This document shows, one piece after another, positions 1-7,882 of a stretch of 48,706 bases of DNA. Source of the DNA: an uncultured Candidatus Saccharibacteria bacterium (lineage in GTDB: Bacteria > Patescibacteriota > Minisyncoccia > Phycocordibacterales > UBA6065); the NCBI GenBank assembly GCA_964368565.1, contig CAYJAC010000004.1, positions 1-48,706 of the forward strand. Direction: 5' to 3'. The notes beneath the pieces were generated by a model that worked only from the letters and a program-made list of their open reading frames with translations, did not search any database and was not told the origin of the DNA. Every line of letters starts with the position of its first letter. The stretch's first letter is position 1. Both the position numbers and the translations under genes were made by a program.

Positions 1-80
1 GCCGAGAGGGACTCGAACCCCCGGAGGCCATAGGCCGCGACGTTTACAGCGTCGTGTAATTGCCGCTATACGATCGGCGC
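1..80 (-). tRNA. tRNA-Tyr (anticodon GTA), 3' end truncated by the window edge
   Basis: Reverse complement reads GCGCCGA-TC-GTA(D loop)TAC-A-CGACG-CTGTAAA-CGTCG, a long variable arm (CGGCCTATGGCC), then GGGGG-TTCGAGT-CCCTC-TCGGC. The anticodon loop is CT-GTA-AA. A long variable arm is expected for bacterial tRNA-Tyr. The last acceptor nt lie outside the window. Confidence 0.85.
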
Positions 81-701
81 ATAACGGTGCATGTAGTAAT
101 CTATCATATTCTTGATATCCAGCAACAATTTTTTCTCATGATAGCGGACATGGATCATGCCGTGTGGCATCCGTCCACTCTTGCCAGGGTCCGCGGCTTT
201 TATGTAAGGTTTAGAGAATTGGCTGGTAGGAATTTCAGTTATACCTGCCCAGTACCTAATTGACTCGGAGGTACTTACGTTGGCATGACAATAAAGGTAG
301 ATGCGAAACTTACTCTCGTCTAATTCATATACTGATCTCAAAAAATTCAAAAAAACTTTAATCATGAGTGGATCACTGTTGGCAAAATCAACGAATTTGG
401 CTGGTCTTTCAACAGATCCTTTGTATCCTTCAGCCCAATAGAGCATTGATCCAGCTACTGCAATTTCCTGAAGCTGAGTCGAATCAAGGATTTTTCTTTT
501 AAATGATTGCTTAGATTGCGAGAATTTCAATTGCTGTACTTCCTGGTCTGTACGCCTTTTTATGCCATGCTTTCTCATAATAAAAAGCACAGCATCCGTC
601 GATACTCTGTAATCTTTGGCTATTTTAGAGACAGTAAAACCCTGGTCTCGATAGAGCAAGGTTATTCGATCTATTTCTGTATCTGCAATTGCTTGTCTCA
701 T
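66..701 (-). CDS. HTH + LAGLIDADG-like endonuclease-family protein (paralog 1 of 3)
   Basis: From track ORF 66..719. The ATG at 701 lies 8 nt after an extended -10 (TGCTATGGT). N-terminal HTH (GFTVSKIAKDYRVSTDAV). LYWAEGYK and FANSDPLMIKVFLNFL motifs, plus IRYWAGITEIPTSQFSKPY, are shared with ORFs 4026..4682 and 17825..18514. The last 4 codons plus TAG are nt 1-15 of tRNA-Tyr. Confidence 0.7.
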   Translation of the reverse strand: MRQAIADTEIDRITLLYRDQGFTVSKIAKDYRVSTDAVLFIMRKHGIKRRTDQEVQQLKFSQSKQSFKRKILDSTQLQEIAVAGSMLYWAEGYKGSVERPAKFVDFANSDPLMIKVFLNFLRSVYELDESKFRIYLYCHANVSTSESIRYWAGITEIPTSQFSKPYIKAADPGKSGRMPHGMIHVRYHEKKLLLDIKNMIDYYMHRYAPIV

Positions 702-709
702 ATCGTTTA

Positions 710-742
710 ACCATAGCAAAAAGGAGATAAAGAAATTATAAA
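710..742 (-). promoter_or_regulatory. Bipartite motif TTTATA-ATTTC-TTTATC plus extended -10 TGCTATGGT
   Basis: Minus strand reads ctTTATAatttcTTTATCtcc-tttt-TGCTATGGT-taaacgat-ATG. The same architecture occurs at six other sites in the window. Confidence 0.55.
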
Positions 743-782
743 GATTTAATTACTTCTGAGTGCAATGTGCTATATTCTCTAT

Positions 783-1910
783 ATGAAAAAACAGTCCCAC
801 CGATCATGGGTGGAAGTCGATTATAAAGCTATAACAAAGAATACGCGCACTATGAAGGCGCTTCTTTCAGGTGCCACGGCCATGATGACGGTGGTTAAAT
901 CAAATGCCTATGGGCACGGCATGATTTCATCCGCAAAAGCTGCTTTAGCTGGCGGTTCGTCGTGGCTTGCTGTCGATGAAATAACCGAGGCGCTAGAACT
1001 GCGCAAAGAGGGAATCAAGGCACCAATCCTTGTCCTCGGCTACACCTTGCCCGATCTGTATGCGACCGCCGCCGCAAAGAAAATCTCGCTCATGATTTCA
1101 TCACTGGAATCGCTTCAGGACCTTTCGAAAATAAAGCTTTCAAAACCTCTCCATATCCACCTTAAATTCGAGACCGGCCTTCATCGTCAGGGAATTATGC
1201 CGTCACATGTCCAGCAGGTTATCCGTATCATTTGCGCCGAACAGTTTCCGGCAACAATCGAGGGTGTCTACACGCATTTCGCAACTATCGAAGATCCAAT
1301 GGCTCAGGATTATTCAATCATGCAGCGCGAGGCTCTCAAGGAAATCGTCACCAAATTAAAAGCCAAGGGTTTTACACCTATCACACACGCTTCATCGAGT
1401 GCGGGTGTCCTTTTCTCAAAAGATTTCCATTTTGATATGGCTCGTACGGGTATTGCAACCTACGGACTCTGGCCTTCGCGCGAAATTCATCGCTGGGCAA
1501 AAGATACGGCGCTCGTCCCGGCTCTGACTTGGAAGACAATTGTGAGTGAAGTAAAGATGATTGAAAAAGGTGCAAAGGTTGGCTATGACCTGACGTATAC
1601 CGCACCGCGTAATGCGCGCATCGCCATTATCCCCGTAGGATATTGGCATGGCTTGCCACGGTCGCTCTCGAACAAGGGTTTTGTGCTCGTCGGAGGCAAG
1701 AGGGCAAACATCATCGGCCGTGTCTCTATGGATATTACGATAATCGATGTTACTGATGTGCCCAGTGTTCGTATTGGCTCAGAGGTTGTGCTGGTCGGTA
1801 CACAGGGCAAGGAGGTTGCCAGTGCCGAGGAAGTGGCTGAAAAGGCGGGTACGATCAATTACGAGCTAGTTACGCGTATAAACCCACTTTTGCCCCGTTT
1901 GGCGGTATAA
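783..1910 (+). CDS. alr: Alanine racemase
   Basis: PLP-lysine motif VVKSNAYGHG. The C-terminal half is typical of Alr (VGYWHGLPR, GRVSMD). The ATG at 783 is 6 nt after TGcTATATT; the track start at 765 is probably an upstream extension. Confidence 0.92.
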   Translation: MKKQSHRSWVEVDYKAITKNTRTMKALLSGATAMMTVVKSNAYGHGMISSAKAALAGGSSWLAVDEITEALELRKEGIKAPILVLGYTLPDLYATAAAKKISLMISSLESLQDLSKIKLSKPLHIHLKFETGLHRQGIMPSHVQQVIRIICAEQFPATIEGVYTHFATIEDPMAQDYSIMQREALKEIVTKLKAKGFTPITHASSSAGVLFSKDFHFDMARTGIATYGLWPSREIHRWAKDTALVPALTWKTIVSEVKMIEKGAKVGYDLTYTAPRNARIAIIPVGYWHGLPRSLSNKGFVLVGGKRANIIGRVSMDITIIDVTDVPSVRIGSEVVLVGTQGKEVASAEEVAEKAGTINYELVTRINPLLPRLAV

Positions 1911-1998
1911 AGAGGCTTTGAGGGGCTTCAGAGGGCCAAAATTTGCGGTTTTAGGGTCTTTATGATACTATCCCTCTACAACATTTTGCATTAAATCC

Positions 1999-2154
1999 AT
2001 GTCACAGGTACAACTCATAATCCTTAGGAACAAGACCACCGGCGAGGTCTATCACACTCGCAAGAACAAGCGAAAGGTAGAACGCAAGCTTGAGCTCAAG
2101 AAATACGACAAAAAGCTCCGCAAGCGCGTCGTTTTCAAGGAAGCAAAGAAATAA
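1999..2154 (+). CDS. rpmG: 50S ribosomal protein L33 (51 aa, below the ORF-track size cutoff)
   Basis: My translation is MSQVQLIILRNKTTGEVYHTRKNKRKVERKLELKKYDKKLRKRVVFKEAKK. It carries the L33 signature Y-T-x-KNKR ... KLELKKY ... KE. TAA at 2152-2154 is followed directly by a terminator. Confidence 0.85.
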   Translation: MSQVQLIILRNKTTGEVYHTRKNKRKVERKLELKKYDKKLRKRVVFKEAKK

Positions 2155-2198
2155 AAACAAAAACCGCTCATCTTAACAGATTGGCGGTTTTTGTTTTT
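2153..2198. terminator. Bidirectional intrinsic terminator (15-bp perfect stem)
   Basis: AAAAACAAAAACCGC (2153-2167) pairs with GCGGTTTTTGTTTTT (2184-2198). A/T runs lie on both sides. It sits between convergent rpmG and the ABC exporter gene. Confidence 0.8.
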
Positions 2199-2205
2199 AT
2201 ACTAT

Positions 2206-3966
2206 TTATACAAACCCATTCTTTTGTCGCTCCCACATTTCTTTAAAGAGTCCACTCTTCTTTGAAAGTAGATCCTGCGGCGCGCCATCTTCAGCAATCT
2301 GTCCGTTTTTCATTACTATTATTCTATCCATTGATCGTAGGGTAGAGAGGCGATGGGCGATAGCAACCACGGTTCGATCCTTAAACAGTTCTTGGAGACC
2401 ATTTTGTACAATTTCTTCACTTTCAGTGTCGAGAGAGCTTGTCGCTTCATCAAGAATCAGTATCGGGGAGTTTTTAAGCATGGCACGGGCGAGCGCGATT
2501 CGCTGTCTTTGTCCGCCTGAGAGCTTTATGCCACGCTCGCCAACAAGTGTATCGTATGCTGCTGGATATTTTTCAATAAAATCATGAGCGTGTGCACGCT
2601 GGCTTGTCGATATAACTTCGTCTTTAGTTGCTGTTGGTTTTGCATAGAGAATATTGTCGAAGAGGGATCTATGAAATAGAGCTGTGTCCTGGGGAACAAA
2701 TGAGATGTTGGATCTAAGTGTTGCGGTTTTAATCGAAGAAAGCTTCTGACCGCTGAACTCAATTGAGCCCGAGACAGGTTCATAGGATCGTAAGAGTAAT
2801 TTTACGAGTGTACTTTTACCTGCGCCTGATTCGCCAACCAGACCAACACGTTCACCGGCTTTGATGACAAGGTTGAAGCCTTCTAATACAGGGCTCGTAG
2901 ATTTGGTGTAAGAAAATGATACGTCTTTGAAGCGGATTTCAGGATGAGAGATAGTGAGGTCCTCGATACCATCCTCAGTATATTCCGCGTCAGATTTGAG
3001 CGCTTCGAGAGCATTTTTTAATTCACTATAGCTACGTACGACACGCGTCATCGTTTCACCGATAGACCATATGATTCCCGTGACGCTCGGTATGACAGAG
3101 GCAATAATTACAAATCCGCCTATGGTTATTTTTCCAAGGCTAAAAAGATAGATTCCTGCAATTGTGAGTGAAAGAGTGAGAATGACTACACTCCAGCCTT
3201 GTTGTATTTTGTTATAAAGAAGGACGTATCGCGCATGTTTATCTGCTTTGATAACTTCATTCATGTGTCGATCATAGTAGGAGTGTTCATGTCTGTGTGA
3301 GGCAAATGCATGTACAAGGGGTATATTTCCGAGCACATCTACAATCGTTCCACTAAGCGATGCACTCTTTTCCGAAACTATCTCTGTGGCCTTTGATTGC
3401 CAACGCAAAAGAAAATATGAGGGCACTGCAAATAAGATAAGCCATATCGCAAAAATGATAAGCAGCCACATGTTTACTGTACCTAAAAGTATAAGAGACA
3501 TAATAAGGCCAATTGCCATCCAGCCCAGGTCCCAGGGGAAGAACTCGATGAAAGAGGTAACACCCCCAGATATCTGTTCAATCCTACGATTTATTTCGCC
3601 AGAAAATCTTTCTTCGAAATACGCAGCCGGTTGTTCGATAACCGTTTTATACACTTTGCTTGTTATTCGATTGTACGCATCGAGGGTAATGGATATTTCG
3701 ATCCAGTGTCCTAGTCTGAATGCGAGCTCTGAGACAACAAGAACTCCTGCAGTACAAAGCATAGGAAGCATAAAGACGGAAAAGTTTGAACTCTCCGTCA
3801 TACTGTCTGCTATCTGACTTATGAAATAGGCTACCGAATACGATGCGGCGTTGCCTATGATAATCATGAGGTACATGAGCAAAAGCCTGCCTCGTTGCTC
3901 TTGGGTGGCATACAAAAAGGCCTTGAAGGGGCTTTTAAGGAATGAATTGGAGTCTTTTTTGTTCAT
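2206..3966 (-). CDS. ABC transporter, fused permease/ATP-binding protein (MsbA-like exporter)
   Basis: N-terminal six-TM region. Walker A GESGAGKST, signature LSGGQRQRIALARA, Walker B ILILDEATS. Confidence 0.92.
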   Translation of the reverse strand: MNKKDSNSFLKSPFKAFLYATQEQRGRLLLMYLMIIIGNAASYSVAYFISQIADSMTESSNFSVFMLPMLCTAGVLVVSELAFRLGHWIEISITLDAYNRITSKVYKTVIEQPAAYFEERFSGEINRRIEQISGGVTSFIEFFPWDLGWMAIGLIMSLILLGTVNMWLLIIFAIWLILFAVPSYFLLRWQSKATEIVSEKSASLSGTIVDVLGNIPLVHAFASHRHEHSYYDRHMNEVIKADKHARYVLLYNKIQQGWSVVILTLSLTIAGIYLFSLGKITIGGFVIIASVIPSVTGIIWSIGETMTRVVRSYSELKNALEALKSDAEYTEDGIEDLTISHPEIRFKDVSFSYTKSTSPVLEGFNLVIKAGERVGLVGESGAGKSTLVKLLLRSYEPVSGSIEFSGQKLSSIKTATLRSNISFVPQDTALFHRSLFDNILYAKPTATKDEVISTSQRAHAHDFIEKYPAAYDTLVGERGIKLSGGQRQRIALARAMLKNSPILILDEATSSLDTESEEIVQNGLQELFKDRTVVAIAHRLSTLRSMDRIIVMKNGQIAEDGAPQDLLSKKSGLFKEMWERQKNGFV

Positions 3967-3993
3967 GTAGCGGATTTTAGCATAATTTTATCT

Positions 3994-4019
3994 TTTCTTT
4001 ATCTCCTAAATGCTAGGCT
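3994..4019 (+). promoter_or_regulatory. Bipartite motif (TTTATC-TTTTC-TTTATC) plus extended -10 TGCTAGGCT
   Basis: ttTTATCttttcTTTATCtcc-taaa-TGCTAGGCT-acaggc-ATG(4026). Confidence 0.55.
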
Positions 4020-4025
4020 ACAGGC

Positions 4026-4682
4026 ATGAAAGTCGAACTAAAGATTAAGGCAATAGAGCTGAGAAAGAAAGGCTATTCTCTCAAAGAAATAGTTGATGAA
4101 TTGAACGTACCCAAAAGCTCTGTTTCAGATTGGGTCCGTAACGTTCCAATGTCTAAAAAGTCAGAGCAAAGGTTGCTTACTAAAATAAAAATAGGTCAGC
4201 TTTATTCTCAAAGAGTAAATAGAGAGAAGAGAATTGAAAAAGAAAGAAAAGCGTCAGATAGAGCGAAGGTTTTGCTTTCGAATATACCCAGTAACAATGA
4301 AATGAGACGTCTGGTATGTTCTTTGCTTTATTTGTGCGAAGGTAGAAAGTCTGTGTTTAGAGGGGTAGACTTTATGAATTCTGATCCGGGGCTTATGCGT
4401 CTGTTCTTGAAATCCTTGCGAGAATCTTTTGATCTTGATGAAAGAAGATTCAGAGTACAGGTTCATCTTCATTCATATCACAACAAAGAAACGCAGTTGG
4501 ATTTCTGGTCAGGGGTAACCGCTATTCCACGGAGTCAGTTTATAAAACCTTATTTAAAAAAGACTTCCGGCATGTATAAGAAGGAGGGTTATCCTGGTTG
4601 TGCCTGCGTAAGTTATCACGACGTGACGGTCTCAAGGGAGTTGAGAGCTGTGTCGTCCGAATATATAAAACTCGACCAATAG
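4026..4682 (+). CDS. HTH + LAGLIDADG-like endonuclease-family protein (paralog 2 of 3)
   Basis: N-terminal HTH (GYSLKEIVDELNVPKSSVSDWV), LYLCEGRK, FMNSDPGLMRLFLKSL and FWSGVTAIPRSQFIKPY, all collinear with the other two paralogs. The TAG ends 2 nt before the 3' end of the convergent tRNA-Trp. Confidence 0.7.
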   Translation: MKVELKIKAIELRKKGYSLKEIVDELNVPKSSVSDWVRNVPMSKKSEQRLLTKIKIGQLYSQRVNREKRIEKERKASDRAKVLLSNIPSNNEMRRLVCSLLYLCEGRKSVFRGVDFMNSDPGLMRLFLKSLRESFDLDERRFRVQVHLHSYHNKETQLDFWSGVTAIPRSQFIKPYLKKTSGMYKKEGYPGCACVSYHDVTVSRELRAVSSEYIKLDQ

Positions 4683-4684
4683 GG

Positions 4685-4755
4685 CGGGCGATGAAGGAAT
4701 CGAACCTTCGCCGAAGCGTTTGGAGTGCTTCGTTCTACCACTAAACTAATCGCCC
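4685..4755 (-). tRNA. tRNA-Trp (anticodon CCA)
   Basis: Reverse complement: GGGCGAT-TA-GTTT-AGTGGTA-GAAC-G-AAGCA-CTCCAAA-CGCTT-CGGC-GAAGG-TTCGATT-CCTTC-ATCGCCC-G. It is 71 nt with one A-C mismatch at the base of the anticodon stem. No CCA is encoded. A TGCTAGAAT -10 lies upstream on the minus strand (plus-strand 4782-4790). Confidence 0.85.
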
Positions 4756-4839
4756 GTCAAGTGCTAGCAACTGATTTGCTAAGCAGGTTTGATTCTAGCA
4801 TAGTGCGAGAATTGTTTCCAAAAATGAGATAATAAAGTC

Positions 4840-6000
4840 ATGGAACCCCTCGCATCTAAAATTCGTCCAGAAACACTCAAGGACTTCGTCGGCCAAGAGC
4901 ACTTGGTTGGCCCGGGGAAGCCTTTGCGCAAAGCCATCGATGATGGACATCTTTTCTCATTCATTTTATGGGGTCCGCCTGGGGTGGGTAAAACAACGCT
5001 TGCACGTATATATGCAAAAGCCCTCGGCGCACGCTTCTATGAACTCTCGGCTGTTTCTGCAGGCAAAGAAGACATCCGTCGTATCATGGATGAATCAACT
5101 ATGCTTGATCAGCGGCCAAAACTTCTGTTTCTCGACGAGATACACCGTTTTAATAAAGCACAACAGGATTATCTATTGCCATTCGTCGAATCAGGCAGGC
5201 TCACCCTTGTTGGTGCCACGACAGAAAATCCGAGTTTTGAAGTGATCTCGGCCCTCCTTTCACGCTCCCGTGTTTTTGTTTTGAAAAGCCTCACCGAAAA
5301 AGAAATCCAAACAATCATTAAACGGTCTAAGGTAAAGATTTCCAAAGACGCACTCGACTGGCTCACCAACATGGCAAATGGTGATGCTCGTATGGCTTTG
5401 ACTGCTCTTGAAAATGCATCAAAACTGTATGGCTCGGTCACTCTAGAAAACCTCAAAAGCTCATTTGAACAAATATTCATCCGTTTTGATAAGAAGGGTG
5501 AGGAGCACTACGATACCATTTCTGCTTTTATAAAATCTATGCGAGCAAATGATGCGGACGCGGCGCTGTATTATCTGGCGCGTATGTTGGAGGGTGGTGA
5601 GGATCCAAAATTTATTGCAAGGCGCATGGTCATATTTGCATCCGAAGATATTGGTCTAGCACAGCCAACGGCACTAGTGGTTGCTAATGCGGCATTTAAT
5701 GCTGTCGATGTAATCGGCATGCCAGAGGCCGCTATTAATCTAGCCCACGCCGTTGCATATCTGGCACAGGCAGCCAAAGACCGCTCGTCATATGATGCAT
5801 ATTTCGAGGCGCTTGCCGATGTGCGCAAGACAGGAAATCTACCCATACCGATGAAAATCCGTAATGCGCCGACAAAGCTTATGAAAAATCTCGGCTATCA
5901 CAAAGGTTATCAAATGTATGACACAGAAAGCCTTTTGCCGGAAAAGCTGAAAGGCAAGAAGTATTTGAAGCGGGATAAAGGAGACAGGAAAAAGCCTTAG
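4840..6000 (+). CDS. rarA: Replication-associated recombination protein A (AAA+ ATPase)
   Basis: N-terminus LASKIRPETLKDFVGQEHL, Walker A GPPGVGKTT, Walker B LFLDEIHRF, and the C-terminal MgsA domain (DAALYYLARMLEGGEDP). Confidence 0.92.
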   Translation: MEPLASKIRPETLKDFVGQEHLVGPGKPLRKAIDDGHLFSFILWGPPGVGKTTLARIYAKALGARFYELSAVSAGKEDIRRIMDESTMLDQRPKLLFLDEIHRFNKAQQDYLLPFVESGRLTLVGATTENPSFEVISALLSRSRVFVLKSLTEKEIQTIIKRSKVKISKDALDWLTNMANGDARMALTALENASKLYGSVTLENLKSSFEQIFIRFDKKGEEHYDTISAFIKSMRANDADAALYYLARMLEGGEDPKFIARRMVIFASEDIGLAQPTALVVANAAFNAVDVIGMPEAAINLAHAVAYLAQAAKDRSSYDAYFEALADVRKTGNLPIPMKIRNAPTKLMKNLGYHKGYQMYDTESLLPEKLKGKKYLKRDKGDRKKP

Positions 6001-6899
6001 TGGCTATTGAGAAACTTTTTAATCTCACGAGAGATTTTTGTATTGTCACCAGGCGCAAACCATTTGATGTCGGTGTTCCTCTTGAACCACTGCACTTGGC
6101 GCTTTGCATAATGAACAATTTCTTGCTCTAGCTGTGCGAGCATCTCCGTCTTGCTCAATTTTTTCTGAAGATAGAGCGCAACATACCGGTATTCAAGGCC
6201 CAGTTGATGAAATCGCTTCCAGGTGACACCTTTGCGGCGCAGGGCAGACACTTCACGAATCATACCCGCGTCTATGCGTTTCAAAAGGCGTGTGCGTATC
6301 TTTTCACGCAAGGTTTCCATGTCGACGGTGAGGCCGATATACAGCGTTTCATACTGCTTTGAATGTTTCACCTTGGGCACAGACCCGAGAGCGCGTGCTA
6401 TCTCAATTGCGCGGATGATGCGTACTTTATTAAAAGGATCGAGAGCTCTTGCACGACGCGGATCGAGTTTTGTGATTTCCTTCATCAGTGCTTCGGCCGA
6501 TTTTTTAGCGAGTGCTGCACGCAGTTTATTGTTTGCAGGAACTTCGGGAAATATTTCACCAGACAATAGTGAATCGATATAGAATCCGGTGCCGCCGGCA
6601 ATGATGGGGAGCTTGCCTTTGCCCATTATGTCGGCGATTGCTTGGGCTGCATCTTTTTTGAAAAGTTCGACGTCGTACACTTTTTTTGGTTGAGCGACAT
6701 CGAGCAGGTGGTGTGGCACGCCTTTCATTTCGGCTTTTGTCACTTTACCTGAACCAATGTCCATTCCTTTGTATACCTGGCGAGAATCAGCGGAAACAAC
6801 CTCGCCACCATGCAAAAGAGCCATTTCGACAGCAAGGTCGCTTTTACCCGTGGCTGTGGGGCCGACGATGGCGATTACTTTGGGTAATTGCTTCTTCAT
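5997..6899 (-). CDS. miaA: tRNA dimethylallyltransferase
   Basis: IVGPTATGKSDLA P-loop and SADSRQVYKGMDIGSGK motif. Its stop overlaps the rarA stop by 4 nt (convergent). Confidence 0.92.
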   Translation of the reverse strand: MKKQLPKVIAIVGPTATGKSDLAVEMALLHGGEVVSADSRQVYKGMDIGSGKVTKAEMKGVPHHLLDVAQPKKVYDVELFKKDAAQAIADIMGKGKLPIIAGGTGFYIDSLLSGEIFPEVPANNKLRAALAKKSAEALMKEITKLDPRRARALDPFNKVRIIRAIEIARALGSVPKVKHSKQYETLYIGLTVDMETLREKIRTRLLKRIDAGMIREVSALRRKGVTWKRFHQLGLEYRYVALYLQKKLSKTEMLAQLEQEIVHYAKRQVQWFKRNTDIKWFAPGDNTKISREIKKFLNSH

Positions 6900-6951
6900 G
6901 TGAACTTATTGATATCAGTCATGACTCTCTTTTGCAACCAGGTCCATGCTT

Positions 6952-7662
6952 TTATTCAGATTCATTTCGAAAAGTATATGGTTTACGTGGTTTAGGTAGT
7001 AGGAGTGGGGATGAGAGGTACTCTAGGGCTTGTTTTCGCTTTCGGTCGAGTGAAGGTAAGTTGGGGGAATAATATATCTTGCGTAGCAGGTTAAGTGAAT
7101 CTTTCTTACCGAATTTGACCATATGCATCACGTTTCCTGTTTTTGGATTTTTCTTGGTCGTGTGAATTTTGCCTTTAATACCTGTAATTGTTGATATTTT
7201 TTCATCGAGCCAAACCACATGTTCTTTGCTCGCCGATATAAATCTGACAACGAGTCTTTGATAGATGTAAGCTGGATTTTTGTATGTATTATAGTGATCA
7301 CTAAATGTTGTGATTGATCCATCGCCGTCGAGATGACCTCTTAGAAAATCAATAAAATACTCATCTGGCACAGAGATGCGCCCAATTGTTTTCGACTTAT
7401 TGGGCGTGAGTCCAATTTGCATTAGCCAGCGGTAGAATTGAACATCACCGAATTGAGCTCGGTATGCCCAGCTCTTTGGGTTCACAGTACGTCCTATTTT
7501 ATTTTTAAGTCCCAGTAGGCGATAGAAGGTTTGGATTAGATCCAGATCTTTAGAGGTAAACATAATATGCCTGCCATCACCTGATAGACAGCCGTCAGTA
7601 ACAATAAGCCCAACTATATAGGCTAGTTCTGGTGACCATGTGAAATTTCTTTTGGGTCTCAT
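6952..7662 (-). CDS. LAGLIDADG homing endonuclease (two-motif, monomeric type)
   Basis: Two LAGLIDADG motifs: LAYIVGLIVTDGCL and DFLRGHLDGDGSI. Free-standing gene whose promoter motif begins 4 nt after tRNA-Leu. Confidence 0.85.
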   Translation of the reverse strand: MRPKRNFTWSPELAYIVGLIVTDGCLSGDGRHIMFTSKDLDLIQTFYRLLGLKNKIGRTVNPKSWAYRAQFGDVQFYRWLMQIGLTPNKSKTIGRISVPDEYFIDFLRGHLDGDGSITTFSDHYNTYKNPAYIYQRLVVRFISASKEHVVWLDEKISTITGIKGKIHTTKKNPKTGNVMHMVKFGKKDSLNLLRKIYYSPNLPSLDRKRKQALEYLSSPLLLPKPRKPYTFRNESE

Positions 7663-7668
7663 GCAAAA

Positions 7669-7702
7669 AGACTATCAAATGCATGATAAAGAAAAGATAA
7701 AA
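7669..7702 (-). promoter_or_regulatory. Bipartite motif (TTTATC-TTTTC-TTTATC) plus extended -10 TGATAGTCT
   Basis: Minus strand: tTTTATCttttcTTTATCatg-catt-TGATAGTCT-ttttgc-ATG(7662). An 18-nt stretch, TTTTATCTTTTCTTTATC, is identical to the copy at 3989-4006. Confidence 0.55.
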
Positions 7703-7706
7703 AGTG

Positions 7707-7789
7707 TGCCGAAGGTGGGAGTCGAACCCACATGCCTTGCGGCGGCCGATTTTGAGTCGACTGCGTATAGCCAATTTCGCCACTCCGGC
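7707..7789 (-). tRNA. tRNA-Leu (anticodon CAA)
   Basis: Reverse complement: GCCGGAG-TG-GCG(large D loop)CGC-A-GTCGA-CTCAAAA-TCGGC, a long variable arm (CGCCGCAAGGCATG), then GTGGG-TTCGACT-CCCAC-CTTCGGC-A. 83 nt, class II. Confidence 0.9.
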
Positions 7790-7882
7790 AGGAAGTGATA
7801 CCTCCATAACTTACACTAAAACCCCACTTTTCTCAATTTATCGCGTGGTGTGTTAAAATCTTTCCATAAACCCCACATTTTC

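Noticed and set aside
7595-7807. 70-aa minus-strand ORF.
   Set aside because: It spans the tRNA-Leu gene and the endonuclease promoter. Its translation is an artefact of the tRNA sequence.
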